A stretch of 64,000 bases of DNA, taken from assembly GCA_965199755.1 (NCBI GenBank), contig CBDASZ010000001.1:448001-512000 (forward strand). Reading direction: 5' to 3'. Position 1 is the first letter of the stretch, and each line of letters starts with the position of its first letter. Shown here piece after piece: positions 10,592 to 19,341 of this stretch. The notes under the pieces are model-generated. The model was not told the DNA's origin. It was given only the letters and a program-made list of their open reading frames with translations, and searched no databases. The DNA is from an uncultured candidatus Porisulfidus sp. Lineage in GTDB: Bacteria; Pseudomonadota; Gammaproteobacteria; Poriferisulfidales; Poriferisulfidaceae. Made by a program: the position numbers and the translations under genes.

Positions 10592-10846
10592 CCCTTTAAA
10601 CTTGCCGCAAAGATCAGGACCGGAATCGGATCTGATCTGCGCGACCTTCCGATTTTGTTGCCGGGAGGCCTTTGAAACAGGCTCAGGGTTGACCCTGCAG
10701 CCACATTGGCTGGGTCTCATGGTGGATTCAGGGAGGCAGAAGATGTATTTGCTGAACATCAGAAACTTGTTCAGCGAGCTGCGCTGTCTTTATGCCAGGT
10801 TGCAGAAAGTGGTTTTTACCACTCTGCATAATGTCGCTCAAATAAA

Positions 10847-11692
10847 ATGAACCTGATCACTCAGACGATCAGGCGGCTGGGTCTTGGTACGCCCTGTCCA
10901 CTGGGGGCATTTACGTTCTACCCGTTGCTGCTCACTGGCAATGGTCGTGCTCCCTGTCAGTTACCGCAACAGAGCGGTGATACCGAGTTGTTCACGATTG
11001 ACTGGCCTGATGAAGGTCCGGTGTCGGTGTGGCAGATCAGCAATGCACACGATCAGCCCGTGCTGCTGCTGGAATCCGTACCGCACGATGCTGCATCAGC
11101 ACTGAGCGCGGGTGCCTCTGATGAGGAATCTGTCGGCATGCCTGCCGGGCGTTGCACTCCGGGAATCAGCACCCTGATTCCTGCGCGGACCGAGGAGTTG
11201 AAACTGTCGGCCAACTGGTTTGGGCCCGTACCGGCACTCGCGCAGTCGGAGTCATCGTTTTGGGACGAGGCCCCGCCACTGGAGCCCGGACAGAGTGGCT
11301 GGTTGTGTCTGCATGATACGGGAGTAATCGGGTTTGATCTGTTCGATTGCCAGGAGACGCTCAAGGCGGCCATGCCCGGTTTGTACGAGCATTACGCGAA
11401 CGATAACAATCTGCCCTATCTGGATGCAAAGGTGGTCCCGGTTGCCGGTCCGAAGGAAGTGCTGGATTTAGCGGCGCGCGCCGAGTATGTGTGGCATTCG
11501 TCACTTGGGGATGGACAGTACTATCGGGTGGTCGCTCCCGGACTGCTGGGCTACGCGCTGGTACTGGAATCTCATCTGGTGCATTTGAGCGTGGTGCCGT
11601 CACCGATCTTTGATGTCCTGCGCAGTGACCGTGCGCTTCGCCAGCAGCAGGCACTGCGTCTGGCGAGTCTGGGCCGCCACGCGATACGTTAA
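10847..11692 (+). CDS. Divergent ARPP-1 / DUF6569-like protein
   Basis: Pattern recalled for the family: N-terminal LG.P....FTFYPL, N..DQPVLLL, PGQSG......VIGFDLFD..ETL, C-terminal SLGDG..YRV..PGLLGYALV....LVHLSV. Confidence 0.6.
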   Translation: MNLITQTIRRLGLGTPCPLGAFTFYPLLLTGNGRAPCQLPQQSGDTELFTIDWPDEGPVSVWQISNAHDQPVLLLESVPHDAASALSAGASDEESVGMPAGRCTPGISTLIPARTEELKLSANWFGPVPALAQSESSFWDEAPPLEPGQSGWLCLHDTGVIGFDLFDCQETLKAAMPGLYEHYANDNNLPYLDAKVVPVAGPKEVLDLAARAEYVWHSSLGDGQYYRVVAPGLLGYALVLESHLVHLSVVPSPIFDVLRSDRALRQQQALRLASLGRHAIR

Positions 11693-11781
11693 GTGCAAGG
11701 CTCTCGTCGAACTCGCGAAAAGAGCAAGGCGCTCCTTGCATTCCCAAACGCAAGGGCATCGGTTGATGTGCCATGGGGACT

Positions 11782-12077
11782 GTGGACTTGATCACTCAGA
11801 CCATTAAGCGCGTGCGTCTCGGTACGCCCTATCCGCTGAGCAGGCGCTGGATACGGCGGCGTGCGCCAAGGATGTGCCGAACCCGTCGTTTGGGGCAGGG
11901 GGACTGCTATCGGATTATCTCGCAAGGATTGCTGGGCTATGCGCTGGTTCTGGACGGACGACTGGTGCACTTGAGGGTCGTGTTGGCACCGATTTTTGAA
12001 TCCAGTGTCCCCCTTGCGCCCAAGGCTTGCAGCATGCGCTGCGTCTGGCGACTCTCGGCCGTCCCTCAATGCGCTAA
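11782..12077 (+). pseudogene. Internally deleted, frameshifted paralogue of the 10847-11692 gene
   Basis: The first ~19 codons (VDLITQTIKRVRLGTPYPL) match the start of the upstream gene. The sequence then jumps to the equivalent of ~11454 onward (GLLGYALVL..LVHL.VV..PIF; ALRLATLGRPSMR* vs ALRLASLGRHAIR*), with frame changes. Confidence 0.8.
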
Positions 12078-12110
12078 GCCAGACACTCCGGCAAGGCGCG
12101 GCGGCGGGAG

Positions 12111-13010
12111 TCAGCTGTCTTCGGTTTTGGATGCGCGGGCGTGTTGCCATACGATTTTCGCCAGCGCCGCGGAATCCAGTTCACCATCACCCTGTCGGAC
12201 CAATTCGTCCATCAGCTCAAGCGCGGCTGCGCTACCGGGCAAGTTTAACTCCATATCACGCGCCTCCTGCGCGACAATGCGCAGATCCTTCAGGTGCAGT
12301 TGCGCCTTGAATCCGGGTTGATAATCGCCGCTGAGCATGCGCGCGCCGTGAAACTCCAGAATCCGGCTGTAGGCGAACCCACCGAGCAGCGCTTCGCGCA
12401 CCTGTTCGCGACTCACGCCGCTTGATTCCGCCAGCAGATATGCTTCGGCGACGGCCGCCATGGTCTGCGCCACCAGCAGTTGATTGCACGCTTTGGCTAC
12501 TTGGCCTGCGCCATTCGCGCCAATATGCTGGACCTGGCCGCCGAGCACGTCAAGGATAGGACGCATGCGATCAAACACTGTCTCCGATCCGCCCACCATA
12601 ATGGATAGCGTGCCCTCAATGGCACCGACCTCTCCGCCGGAGACAGGCGCATCCAGCATGGCCACGCCACGCTTCTCCAGTTGCTTCGCCACCTGCCGCG
12701 TCTCACTAGGCGAGACCGTGCTCATGTCGATGAGGGTATGTCCTGAGGCCGCGCCTTCCATCAATCCGTCGATGCCGGTGATGACGTCCAGCATGTCCGA
12801 GGTGTCTGCCACCATCACCACGCTGACTTCGGTGCTCGCGCTGACTTGCGCCATGCTGTCCGCGGCGGTGGCACCCGCTTCAAGCAGCGGGTCGAGTTGT
12901 TTGGGGCGACGCGCGAAGACCGTGACCGGGTAGTCGGCGCGCAGCAGATTCAGCACCATCGGGCGACCCATGATGCCGGTGCCGACCCAGCCGATAGAAG
13001 TCTTGCTCAT
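12111..13010 (-). CDS. 2-hydroxy-3-oxopropionate reductase / 3-hydroxyisobutyrate dehydrogenase family oxidoreductase
   Basis: IGWVGTGIMGRPM, LDAPVSGGEVGA, GAGQVAKACNQ, PGFKAQLHLKDL. Confidence 0.9.
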   Translation of the reverse strand: MSKTSIGWVGTGIMGRPMVLNLLRADYPVTVFARRPKQLDPLLEAGATAADSMAQVSASTEVSVVMVADTSDMLDVITGIDGLMEGAASGHTLIDMSTVSPSETRQVAKQLEKRGVAMLDAPVSGGEVGAIEGTLSIMVGGSETVFDRMRPILDVLGGQVQHIGANGAGQVAKACNQLLVAQTMAAVAEAYLLAESSGVSREQVREALLGGFAYSRILEFHGARMLSGDYQPGFKAQLHLKDLRIVAQEARDMELNLPGSAAALELMDELVRQGDGELDSAALAKIVWQHARASKTEDS

Positions 13011-13096
13011 GTGTGAAGGCGGAGTGAAGGGAGGGATTGGCTCGCCGTAAGCGGCGCGCCACTCATTATATTCAGCCTATAAACTATGATGCCGTT

Positions 13097-13960
13097 ATGT
13101 CCGAGTGGAACGCGGAGCCGGGGGTGCTGTATGTGATCGCTACCCCAATCGGCAATCTGGACGACCTGAGTGCGCGCGCCTGTGATATTTTTCGCAGTGT
13201 GGACTGGATCGCCTCAGAGGACACGCGCCAGACGCGCAAACTGGTGTCGCATCTGGGCCTGCAGACGCGGCTTCACAGTGCGCACCGCGGCAACGAAGCG
13301 CAAACTGCGGTGGCCCTGATCAAATCCTTGAAACGCGGCGACTCTGGCGCGCTGGTGTCGGACGCCGGCACACCTTTAATCAGTGATCCGGGTCGTTGGC
13401 TGGTTTCGGCCGCACTGGAGGCTGGCGTGGTGGTGATGCCGTTGCCGGGACCGTGCGCGGCGGTCGCGGCATTGTCCGCCGCAGGTTTGGACGCGGCGCA
13501 ATTTGTGTTCGAGGGCTTTCTACCGGCGCGCGCGCCGGCTCGTCGTCGCCATCTGGAAATGCTGGCGGCTGAGACGCGCACCTGGGTGGCGTATGAGGCA
13601 CCGCATCGCATCCGCGCACTGATGTCGGATCTGCACGCGGTGCTGGAAGATTCACGTGCGGTCATTTGGGCACGGGAGTTGAGCAAGCGCCATGAGCAGG
13701 TGGTGCGAACTTCTGCTGGCGCATTGCACCCGGAGGAGTTGCCTGAGCGCGGCGAGTATGTGGTGGTGGTGGAAGGCGCGCCGCAGCTGCCGGAAGCGTC
13801 GGCGGAAATTCTGGATGCGTTTCTGGAACCCTTGCTCGATGCGGAGGTTGGTGTGCGCACCATCGCGGCGCTGGCGCGAGACTGTCTGGGGATGGCGCGC
13901 AAGCGGGCTTATGATCGCGCGGTGGAGCTGCGCGCGTTGCGCGAGCAGAAGGGCTTGTGA
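13097..13960 (+). CDS. rsmI: 16S rRNA (cytidine1402-2'-O)-methyltransferase
   Basis: LYVIATPIGNLDDLS, LVSDAGTPLISDPG, YEAPHRI, RELSKRHE. Confidence 0.96.
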   Translation: MSEWNAEPGVLYVIATPIGNLDDLSARACDIFRSVDWIASEDTRQTRKLVSHLGLQTRLHSAHRGNEAQTAVALIKSLKRGDSGALVSDAGTPLISDPGRWLVSAALEAGVVVMPLPGPCAAVAALSAAGLDAAQFVFEGFLPARAPARRRHLEMLAAETRTWVAYEAPHRIRALMSDLHAVLEDSRAVIWARELSKRHEQVVRTSAGALHPEELPERGEYVVVVEGAPQLPEASAEILDAFLEPLLDAEVGVRTIAALARDCLGMARKRAYDRAVELRALREQKGL

Positions 13961-13973
13961 GTATGATGGGGTT

Positions 13974-14311
13974 GGGAGCGGGCCGGACAGTCGCTGCCTG
14001 AGGGCGGAGGAAAGTCCGGGCTCCACAGGACAGGATGCCAGATAACGTCTGGGGGGCGCAAGCCTACGGAAAGTGCCACAGAAAATATACCGCCGGGCTT
14101 CGGTTCGGCAAGGGTGAAAAGGTGCGGTAAGAGCGCACCGCGCGGCTGGCAACAGGCGTGGCAGGGCAAACCCCATCCGGAGCAAGACCGCATAGAGAAG
14201 CAATGATGTCGTCCTGCATGGCTTCCGGGTAGGTTGCTAGAGCGTGTCGGCGACGGCGCGCCCAGAGGAATGACTGTCCACGACAGGACCCGGCTTACAG
14301 GCCCGCTCTTC
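13974..14311 (+). ncRNA. rnpB: RNase P RNA (class A)
   Basis: GAGGAAAGTCCGGGCTCC, AGTGCCACAGAAAA, GGTAAGAGCGCACC, ACAGGACCCGGCTTA; terminal pairing GAGCGGGCC/GGCCCGCTC; lies between rsmI and mraZ. Confidence 0.97.
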
Positions 14312-14470
14312 CATATCGCGCATGCGGCGTGATTTTTGGTGCCAAAGTGGGGAAAACCGCACATTTGCATTTGGCTCTCAATTTTTCATTGGAGAAATAA
14401 ATTACTGATAAAAGATATATATAAATAACCACTTCTTATAAATAGTTTAGGTACTTGCTTTGTAGAAAAA

Positions 14471-14506
14471 GTGGAATATAATGGGTTCTCGTGGAATTCT
14501 GTGGAG
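14471..14506 (+). promoter_or_regulatory. MraZ-binding direct repeats at the dcw promoter
   Basis: GTGGA/ATGGG units at 14471, 14481, 14491 and 14501 (10-bp period) overlapping a TATAAT, immediately upstream of mraZ. Confidence 0.7.
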
Positions 14507-14518
14507 ATAACAGAATAC

Positions 14519-14968
14519 ATGTTTAAGGGCTCACATCTACTGGTGGTCGATGACAAGGGGCGCATCGCCATCCCGACCCAGTTCCGTCAGATGCTGCAGC
14601 AGCAGTGCGAGGGGCGCGTGGTTGTGACCGCTGATCATGACGCCACGCTTGCGATCTATCCCTGGTCCGTATGGGAGGGGCGTGAGAAAAAGTTACATGC
14701 GCTGTCTACAACCGATCCTGCCAGTCGCGCCAAGCGCGAACTGGAACTCGGCAATGCCGACGAGCGCCGTCTCGACAAGCAACATCGTCTTCTACTCGCG
14801 CCGGCCCTTCGGAAGCATGCCCGGCTGGAGCGTGATGCCATCCTGTTGGGTGTCGGTGACATGCTGCTGGTGCGTTCGCAGCAGACCAATCGGGACTTGA
14901 TCGAGCGCTACAACACCCTGCTCAATGATTCGGCGAGCCTCAAGGTTCTGAACGATCACGGACTTTAA
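14519..14968 (+). CDS. mraZ: Transcriptional regulator MraZ
   Basis: MFKG....VDDKGRIAIP..FR, second repeat LDKQHRLLL; first gene of dcw. Confidence 0.93.
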   Translation: MFKGSHLLVVDDKGRIAIPTQFRQMLQQQCEGRVVVTADHDATLAIYPWSVWEGREKKLHALSTTDPASRAKRELELGNADERRLDKQHRLLLAPALRKHARLERDAILLGVGDMLLVRSQQTNRDLIERYNTLLNDSASLKVLNDHGL

Positions 14969-15901
14969 ATGAAGGAGTATCGGTTGCATGAACCTGTCTT
15001 GTTGCAAGAAACGATGGAGCAACTGGTGGTTCGCACCGACGGCTTCTACGTGGATGCCACTTATGGATACGGTGGGCACGCCGCCGCCATCCTCGAACAG
15101 CTCGGACCGCAAGGCCGGCTGTGGCTGCTGGATCAAGACCCGCGCGCCTGCGCGCATGCGCGCAACCACTTCGGCGACGATCCCCGGGTGCACATCGTGG
15201 AGGACGCCTTCATGAATCTGTCCGAGCATCTGCGCCATGCGGATCTGCTGGGCCAGGTCGACGGCCTGCTGCTAGATCTGGGCGTGTCTTCGGTGCAACT
15301 GAATGACCCCAAGCGCGGTTTCAGTTTTCGTCGCGACGGACCGCTTGACATGCGCATGAGCGGGCAAGGCATGACCGCCGCCGAATGGCTGGCTGAAGTC
15401 GATGAGTCGGAGCTGGCGGAGGTGCTGGCGTGTTATGGCGAGGAACGTAATGCCCGGCACATCGCGAAACACATAGTGCGCACCCGCAATACCCGACGGT
15501 ACACACGCACGCAGCAACTGGCGCATCTGCTCGAAGGCATTATGCGCAGACCGTCGCCCGGCAAGCATCAGGCCACCCGAACTTTCCAGGCCATCCGCAT
15601 ATTCATCAACCGCGAACTTGAGCAGTTGGATGGCGTGCTGGGTGATGTGCTGGACATGCTGGCCGAACAGGCGCGGCTGGCCATCATCAGTTTTCATTCG
15701 CTGGAAGATCGCCGGGTCAAGCACTTCTTGCGCGCACACAGCACGCCGCCTCCCGTGAACCGGCACCATCCGGCACCGCCATTTACGCCATCCTTTGAGA
15801 CCTACCCGCTGATTCGATGCCGTGAGGCCGAAGTACAGCGCAATCCGCGCTCGCGCTCGGCGCGCCTGCGCAGCGCCCGGAGACTGCCATGCGCGGCATA
15901 A
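14969..15901 (+). CDS. rsmH: 16S rRNA (cytosine1402-N4)-methyltransferase
   Basis: HEPVLLQE, DATYGYGGH, DLGVSS, GPLDMRM, ISFHSLEDR, NPRSRSA. Confidence 0.97.
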   Translation: MKEYRLHEPVLLQETMEQLVVRTDGFYVDATYGYGGHAAAILEQLGPQGRLWLLDQDPRACAHARNHFGDDPRVHIVEDAFMNLSEHLRHADLLGQVDGLLLDLGVSSVQLNDPKRGFSFRRDGPLDMRMSGQGMTAAEWLAEVDESELAEVLACYGEERNARHIAKHIVRTRNTRRYTRTQQLAHLLEGIMRRPSPGKHQATRTFQAIRIFINRELEQLDGVLGDVLDMLAEQARLAIISFHSLEDRRVKHFLRAHSTPPPVNRHHPAPPFTPSFETYPLIRCREAEVQRNPRSRSARLRSARRLPCAA

Positions 15902-16155
15902 GACTCTGGGTCGTGCTGCTGTTCGCCAATCTGGTGTGCGCTATCGCCATGGTGTACTCCTCGCACGCCAGCCTCGGCATCTTCCATCAGATTCAGGAAC
16001 AGCGCCGGATCTACCAGCACCTGCAAACGGATTGGGGACGGCTGCTGCTTGAGCAAAGCGCGCTGGCCTCTTATGCGCGCGTGGAGCAGTTGGCGGTCAC
16101 GCAGTTGCGCATGCGCCGCCCGGATATGTCTCGCACCAATTTGCTGGCACCCTAG
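15889..16155 (+). CDS. ftsL: Cell division protein FtsL
   Basis: TM segment plus coiled coil WGRLLLEQSAL..ARVEQLA..LRM..P; lies between rsmH and ftsI. Confidence 0.9.
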   Translation: MRGIRLWVVLLFANLVCAIAMVYSSHASLGIFHQIQEQRRIYQHLQTDWGRLLLEQSALASYARVEQLAVTQLRMRRPDMSRTNLLAP

Positions 16156-16165
16156 AGGATTTGTG

Positions 16166-17866
16166 ATGAGCAGTTACCACCGCTCCTGTCAGTTTCGCCG
16201 CCGCCTTGTGACCGTGGTGTTTCTGGTGCTGGCGCTGGCGCTGGTGGCGCGTGTGGTGCAGTTGCAATACGCCGAACGCGAGTTCCTGTTGGCGCAGGGC
16301 GACAGCCGCCAACAGCGCACGGTAGAAATTCCGGCGCATCGCGGCATGCTGACCGATCGCCATGGCGAGTTGCTGGCCATCAGCATGCCGGTGGGTTCGG
16401 TGTGGGCGGAGCCGGCGCGGCTGCTCGCGGCGCGCGCGGATTGGGGCGATCTGCCGACGCAACTGGGCGTGAGCGAAAATGCACTGGCGCAAACATTGGA
16501 GGAGCGCAAGGCGCGCAAGTTCTACTATTTGCGCCGCCACTTGTTGCCGGCGGAGGCCGAACGCATATCCTCGCGCAATCTCCCTGGCTTGCATTTGCGC
16601 ATGGAGTACCGGCGTTACTATCCGACCGGAGAGGCCGCCGCGCAATTGATCGGTATCACCGATATTGGCGATCAGGGCCAGGAAGGTCTGGAGCTGATGT
16701 TCGATGCGCAACTGAGCGGTCAGGCCGGTGCGCGGCGCGTGCGACAGGATTCCAACGGACGCATCATTGGTGATCTGGCGCAGATCCGCGCGCCCAAGCA
16801 TGGCGAGAACCTGCGTCTGTCCATCGAGCGCGGACTGCAGTACTTCGCCTATCGCACGCTGGAGAGCGCCGTGCGCAAACATCGCGCGCGCAGCGGCTCG
16901 GCGGTGGTGCTGGACGCGGTGACCGGTGAGGTGCTGGCGATGGCGCAAGCGCCGTCTTTCAATCCCAATGCGCCGCGCGCCGGCCAAAACGAACGCCGCC
17001 GCAACCGGGCCATGACCGACCAGTACGAGCCAGGCTCCATTGTCAAGCCGTTCACAGTACTGGCGGCGCTGCAAAGCGGGCGCTATACCCCGGACAGCGT
17101 GTTTGATACCTCGCCGGGTTACATGCAGATCAAGAGTTATACGATTCGCGACATCCGCGATTTCGGTCAGCTTGACATGGCCGGGGTGCTGGTGAAGTCG
17201 AGCAATGTGGCCTCGGCCCAGATGGCGCTGGACATGCCGGCGGAGCACTTGTGGGGCGTGTTCAACAGCGTTGGCTTCGGTCAGCCGCTGTTTACCAATT
17301 ATCCTGGTGAAGTGAGCGGCGTGCTGCGCGAGCCGTCGAGTTGGCGGCAAAGCGAATGGGCCAGTCTTGGTTACGGCTATGGCCTGTCGGTCACACCAAT
17401 GCACTTGGCGCAAGCCTTCACGATTCTAGGCAATCGCGGCGTTCACCACATTCCGAGTTTTCTGGCCGATCCCAAAACGCACGGCACTCGTGTGCTGTCG
17501 CGGGAAGTGTGTGATCAGGTGCTGCATATGCTGGAGCAGGTGACCCAGCCCGGCGGTACCGCCACCCGCGCACGGGTTCCAGGCTACACCGTGGGAGCCA
17601 AGACCGGCACGGTGCGCCGGCATTCCGCGGAAGGGGGCTATTCCGCATCGAGTCACCTCGCCATGATTGCCGGAGTGGTGCCGCGCCGTCACCCGCGCCT
17701 TGCGATTCTGGTACTGGTGGATGATCCGAGCGCCGGGGATTACTACGGCGGCGTGGTCGCCGCCCCGTTGTTTAGTCGCATCGCTTGGGAAGCGCTGCGT
17801 CTGTTGAATATTCCGCCAGACGATCCGCAAGGGTTGCGTCAGGCAGCCACGGGAGGTCAGGGATGA
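16166..17866 (+). CDS. ftsI: Peptidoglycan D,D-transpeptidase FtsI (PBP3)
   Basis: RG..TDRHGE.LA, EPGSIVKP (SxxK), KSSNV (SxN), KTGT. Confidence 0.96.
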   Translation: MSSYHRSCQFRRRLVTVVFLVLALALVARVVQLQYAEREFLLAQGDSRQQRTVEIPAHRGMLTDRHGELLAISMPVGSVWAEPARLLAARADWGDLPTQLGVSENALAQTLEERKARKFYYLRRHLLPAEAERISSRNLPGLHLRMEYRRYYPTGEAAAQLIGITDIGDQGQEGLELMFDAQLSGQAGARRVRQDSNGRIIGDLAQIRAPKHGENLRLSIERGLQYFAYRTLESAVRKHRARSGSAVVLDAVTGEVLAMAQAPSFNPNAPRAGQNERRRNRAMTDQYEPGSIVKPFTVLAALQSGRYTPDSVFDTSPGYMQIKSYTIRDIRDFGQLDMAGVLVKSSNVASAQMALDMPAEHLWGVFNSVGFGQPLFTNYPGEVSGVLREPSSWRQSEWASLGYGYGLSVTPMHLAQAFTILGNRGVHHIPSFLADPKTHGTRVLSREVCDQVLHMLEQVTQPGGTATRARVPGYTVGAKTGTVRRHSAEGGYSASSHLAMIAGVVPRRHPRLAILVLVDDPSAGDYYGGVVAAPLFSRIAWEALRLLNIPPDDPQGLRQAATGGQG

Positions 17867-19341
17867 GTCAGACATTGTCGCTGCCGCTGTCTAAATTGCT
17901 CGACGGACTCGCTGAGCCGTCGCAAGATTGCGTGGTGCACGGCGTATGCTGTCGCAGTGAGGACATTCACTCTGGTGATTCCTTCGCGGCCTGTCGCGGC
18001 TTGAGTCGGCATGGCCTTCTCGGTGTCGCACAAGCCGCCGAGCGCGGCGCGGCGGCGGTGATCTACGATCCGCAGGACGCGCCTTCGGTGGCGCTCCCCA
18101 TCCCGCATGCGGCGGTGCCGGAGTTGTCGCGCTTGCTGAGTGAGTTGGCCGGGCGCTTCTACCGACACCCATCGAAGCAACTGCCCGTGATCGGCATCAC
18201 CGGCACGGACGGCAAAACCTCAACCGCGCATCTGCTGGCGCAGTTAATGTCTCGACTGCAGCGCGTCTGCGGCGTGATCGGCACGCTCGGTGCCGGCACC
18301 ATCGAGGCCTTGCATTCCACCGGACACACCACGCCCGATGCTGTTCGGGTGCAGCGCGAATTGTTTGACATGCTGCAGCGCGGACATGCGGCCGCGGTGC
18401 TGGAGGTCTCCTCGCACGCGCTTGATCAGCACCGTTGCGACGCGGTGCGCTTTGATACCGCAGTCTTCACCACGCTGGGTCAGGACCACCTGGACTACCA
18501 CGGCAGCGTCGAGAACTATGCCGCAGCCAAGCGTCGGCTGTTTACCGATCTGGCCCCACGGCGCTGCGTGATTAATGTGGACGATGTGTTCGGGCAGGAG
18601 CTCGATGCGTGCGTTGCCAAATACACGGAAGTCCGGCGCTGTTCACTGCACGCGGCGCACGCGCAGTCACAGGCGCAGGGCATTGAGTTGCATGCGGGCG
18701 GGTTGCGGTTCGACTGGAGTATCGATGGGCAGACCTGCACGGTTGAGGCACCGAACCTGTACGGGCGCTTCAATGTCATGAATTTGCTGCTCTCTGCGAC
18801 GGCGGTGCAGGTGCAGGGCATTGACGCGACGCAGATCGCGGAGGCGATCGCGCAACTCAAAGCGGTGCCGGGGCGGCTTGAGGCGCTGCCGCGCGTCGCT
18901 GATGCGCCGCGAGTATTTCTGGACTACGCGCATACCGAACAGGCGCTGTGCGCCGCACTGGAAGCGTTGCGGGCGCATTTTGATGCGCCGGTGCATTGCG
19001 TGTTCGGCTGCGGCGGCGATCGCGATCGGGTCAAGCGTCCGCGCATGGGTGCCGTCGCCGAGCGTCTGGCGCATCGTGTGATGCTGACGGATGACAACCC
19101 GCGCACCGAAGACCCCAAACAGATTGTGCGCGAGATTCGCACAGGTTTGCGCGAGCCTGAGCGCGTTCGTGTGATCCAGGACCGTGCCGAGGCGATTCGT
19201 GAAGCGGTGCGGACGGCACCCGCGGACGCGGTGGTACTGATCGCTGGCAAAGGTCACGAACAGGAACAAATCACAGCCGCTGGAGCACAACCCTTCTCGG
19301 ACTGGACCGCTGCGCAGCAGGCGCTGGAGGCATGCGCATGA
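17863..19341 (+). CDS. murE: UDP-MurNAc-dipeptide--meso-DAP ligase MurE
   Basis: GITGTDGKTS, LEVSSHAL, DHLDYH, DYAHT, DNPR (DAP specificity), AGKGHE. Confidence 0.96.
   Translation: MSQTLSLPLSKLLDGLAEPSQDCVVHGVCCRSEDIHSGDSFAACRGLSRHGLLGVAQAAERGAAAVIYDPQDAPSVALPIPHAAVPELSRLLSELAGRFYRHPSKQLPVIGITGTDGKTSTAHLLAQLMSRLQRVCGVIGTLGAGTIEALHSTGHTTPDAVRVQRELFDMLQRGHAAAVLEVSSHALDQHRCDAVRFDTAVFTTLGQDHLDYHGSVENYAAAKRRLFTDLAPRRCVINVDDVFGQELDACVAKYTEVRRCSLHAAHAQSQAQGIELHAGGLRFDWSIDGQTCTVEAPNLYGRFNVMNLLLSATAVQVQGIDATQIAEAIAQLKAVPGRLEALPRVADAPRVFLDYAHTEQALCAALEALRAHFDAPVHCVFGCGGDRDRVKRPRMGAVAERLAHRVMLTDDNPRTEDPKQIVREIRTGLREPERVRVIQDRAEAIREAVRTAPADAVVLIAGKGHEQEQITAAGAQPFSDWTAAQQALEACA

Noticed and set aside
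10743-10850. 35-aa ORF with a GGAGG RBS overlapping the ARPP-like start
   Set aside because: No recognisable features and it runs through two hairpins; it cannot be supported, although a leader peptide is not excluded
11454-12077. Diversity-generating retroelement VR/TR pair
   Set aside because: No reverse transcriptase nearby, the differences are not adenine-specific, and the copy includes the gene's 5' end as well
9490-13010. Integrative element at tRNA-Ser with an att duplication
   Set aside because: No integrase and no convincing repeat of the tRNA 3' end downstream; the short CTCTCCGCC match near 12630 is inside a housekeeping CDS
13652-14370. ORFs overlapping rnpB
   Set aside because: Explained by the RNase P RNA gene; spurious frames
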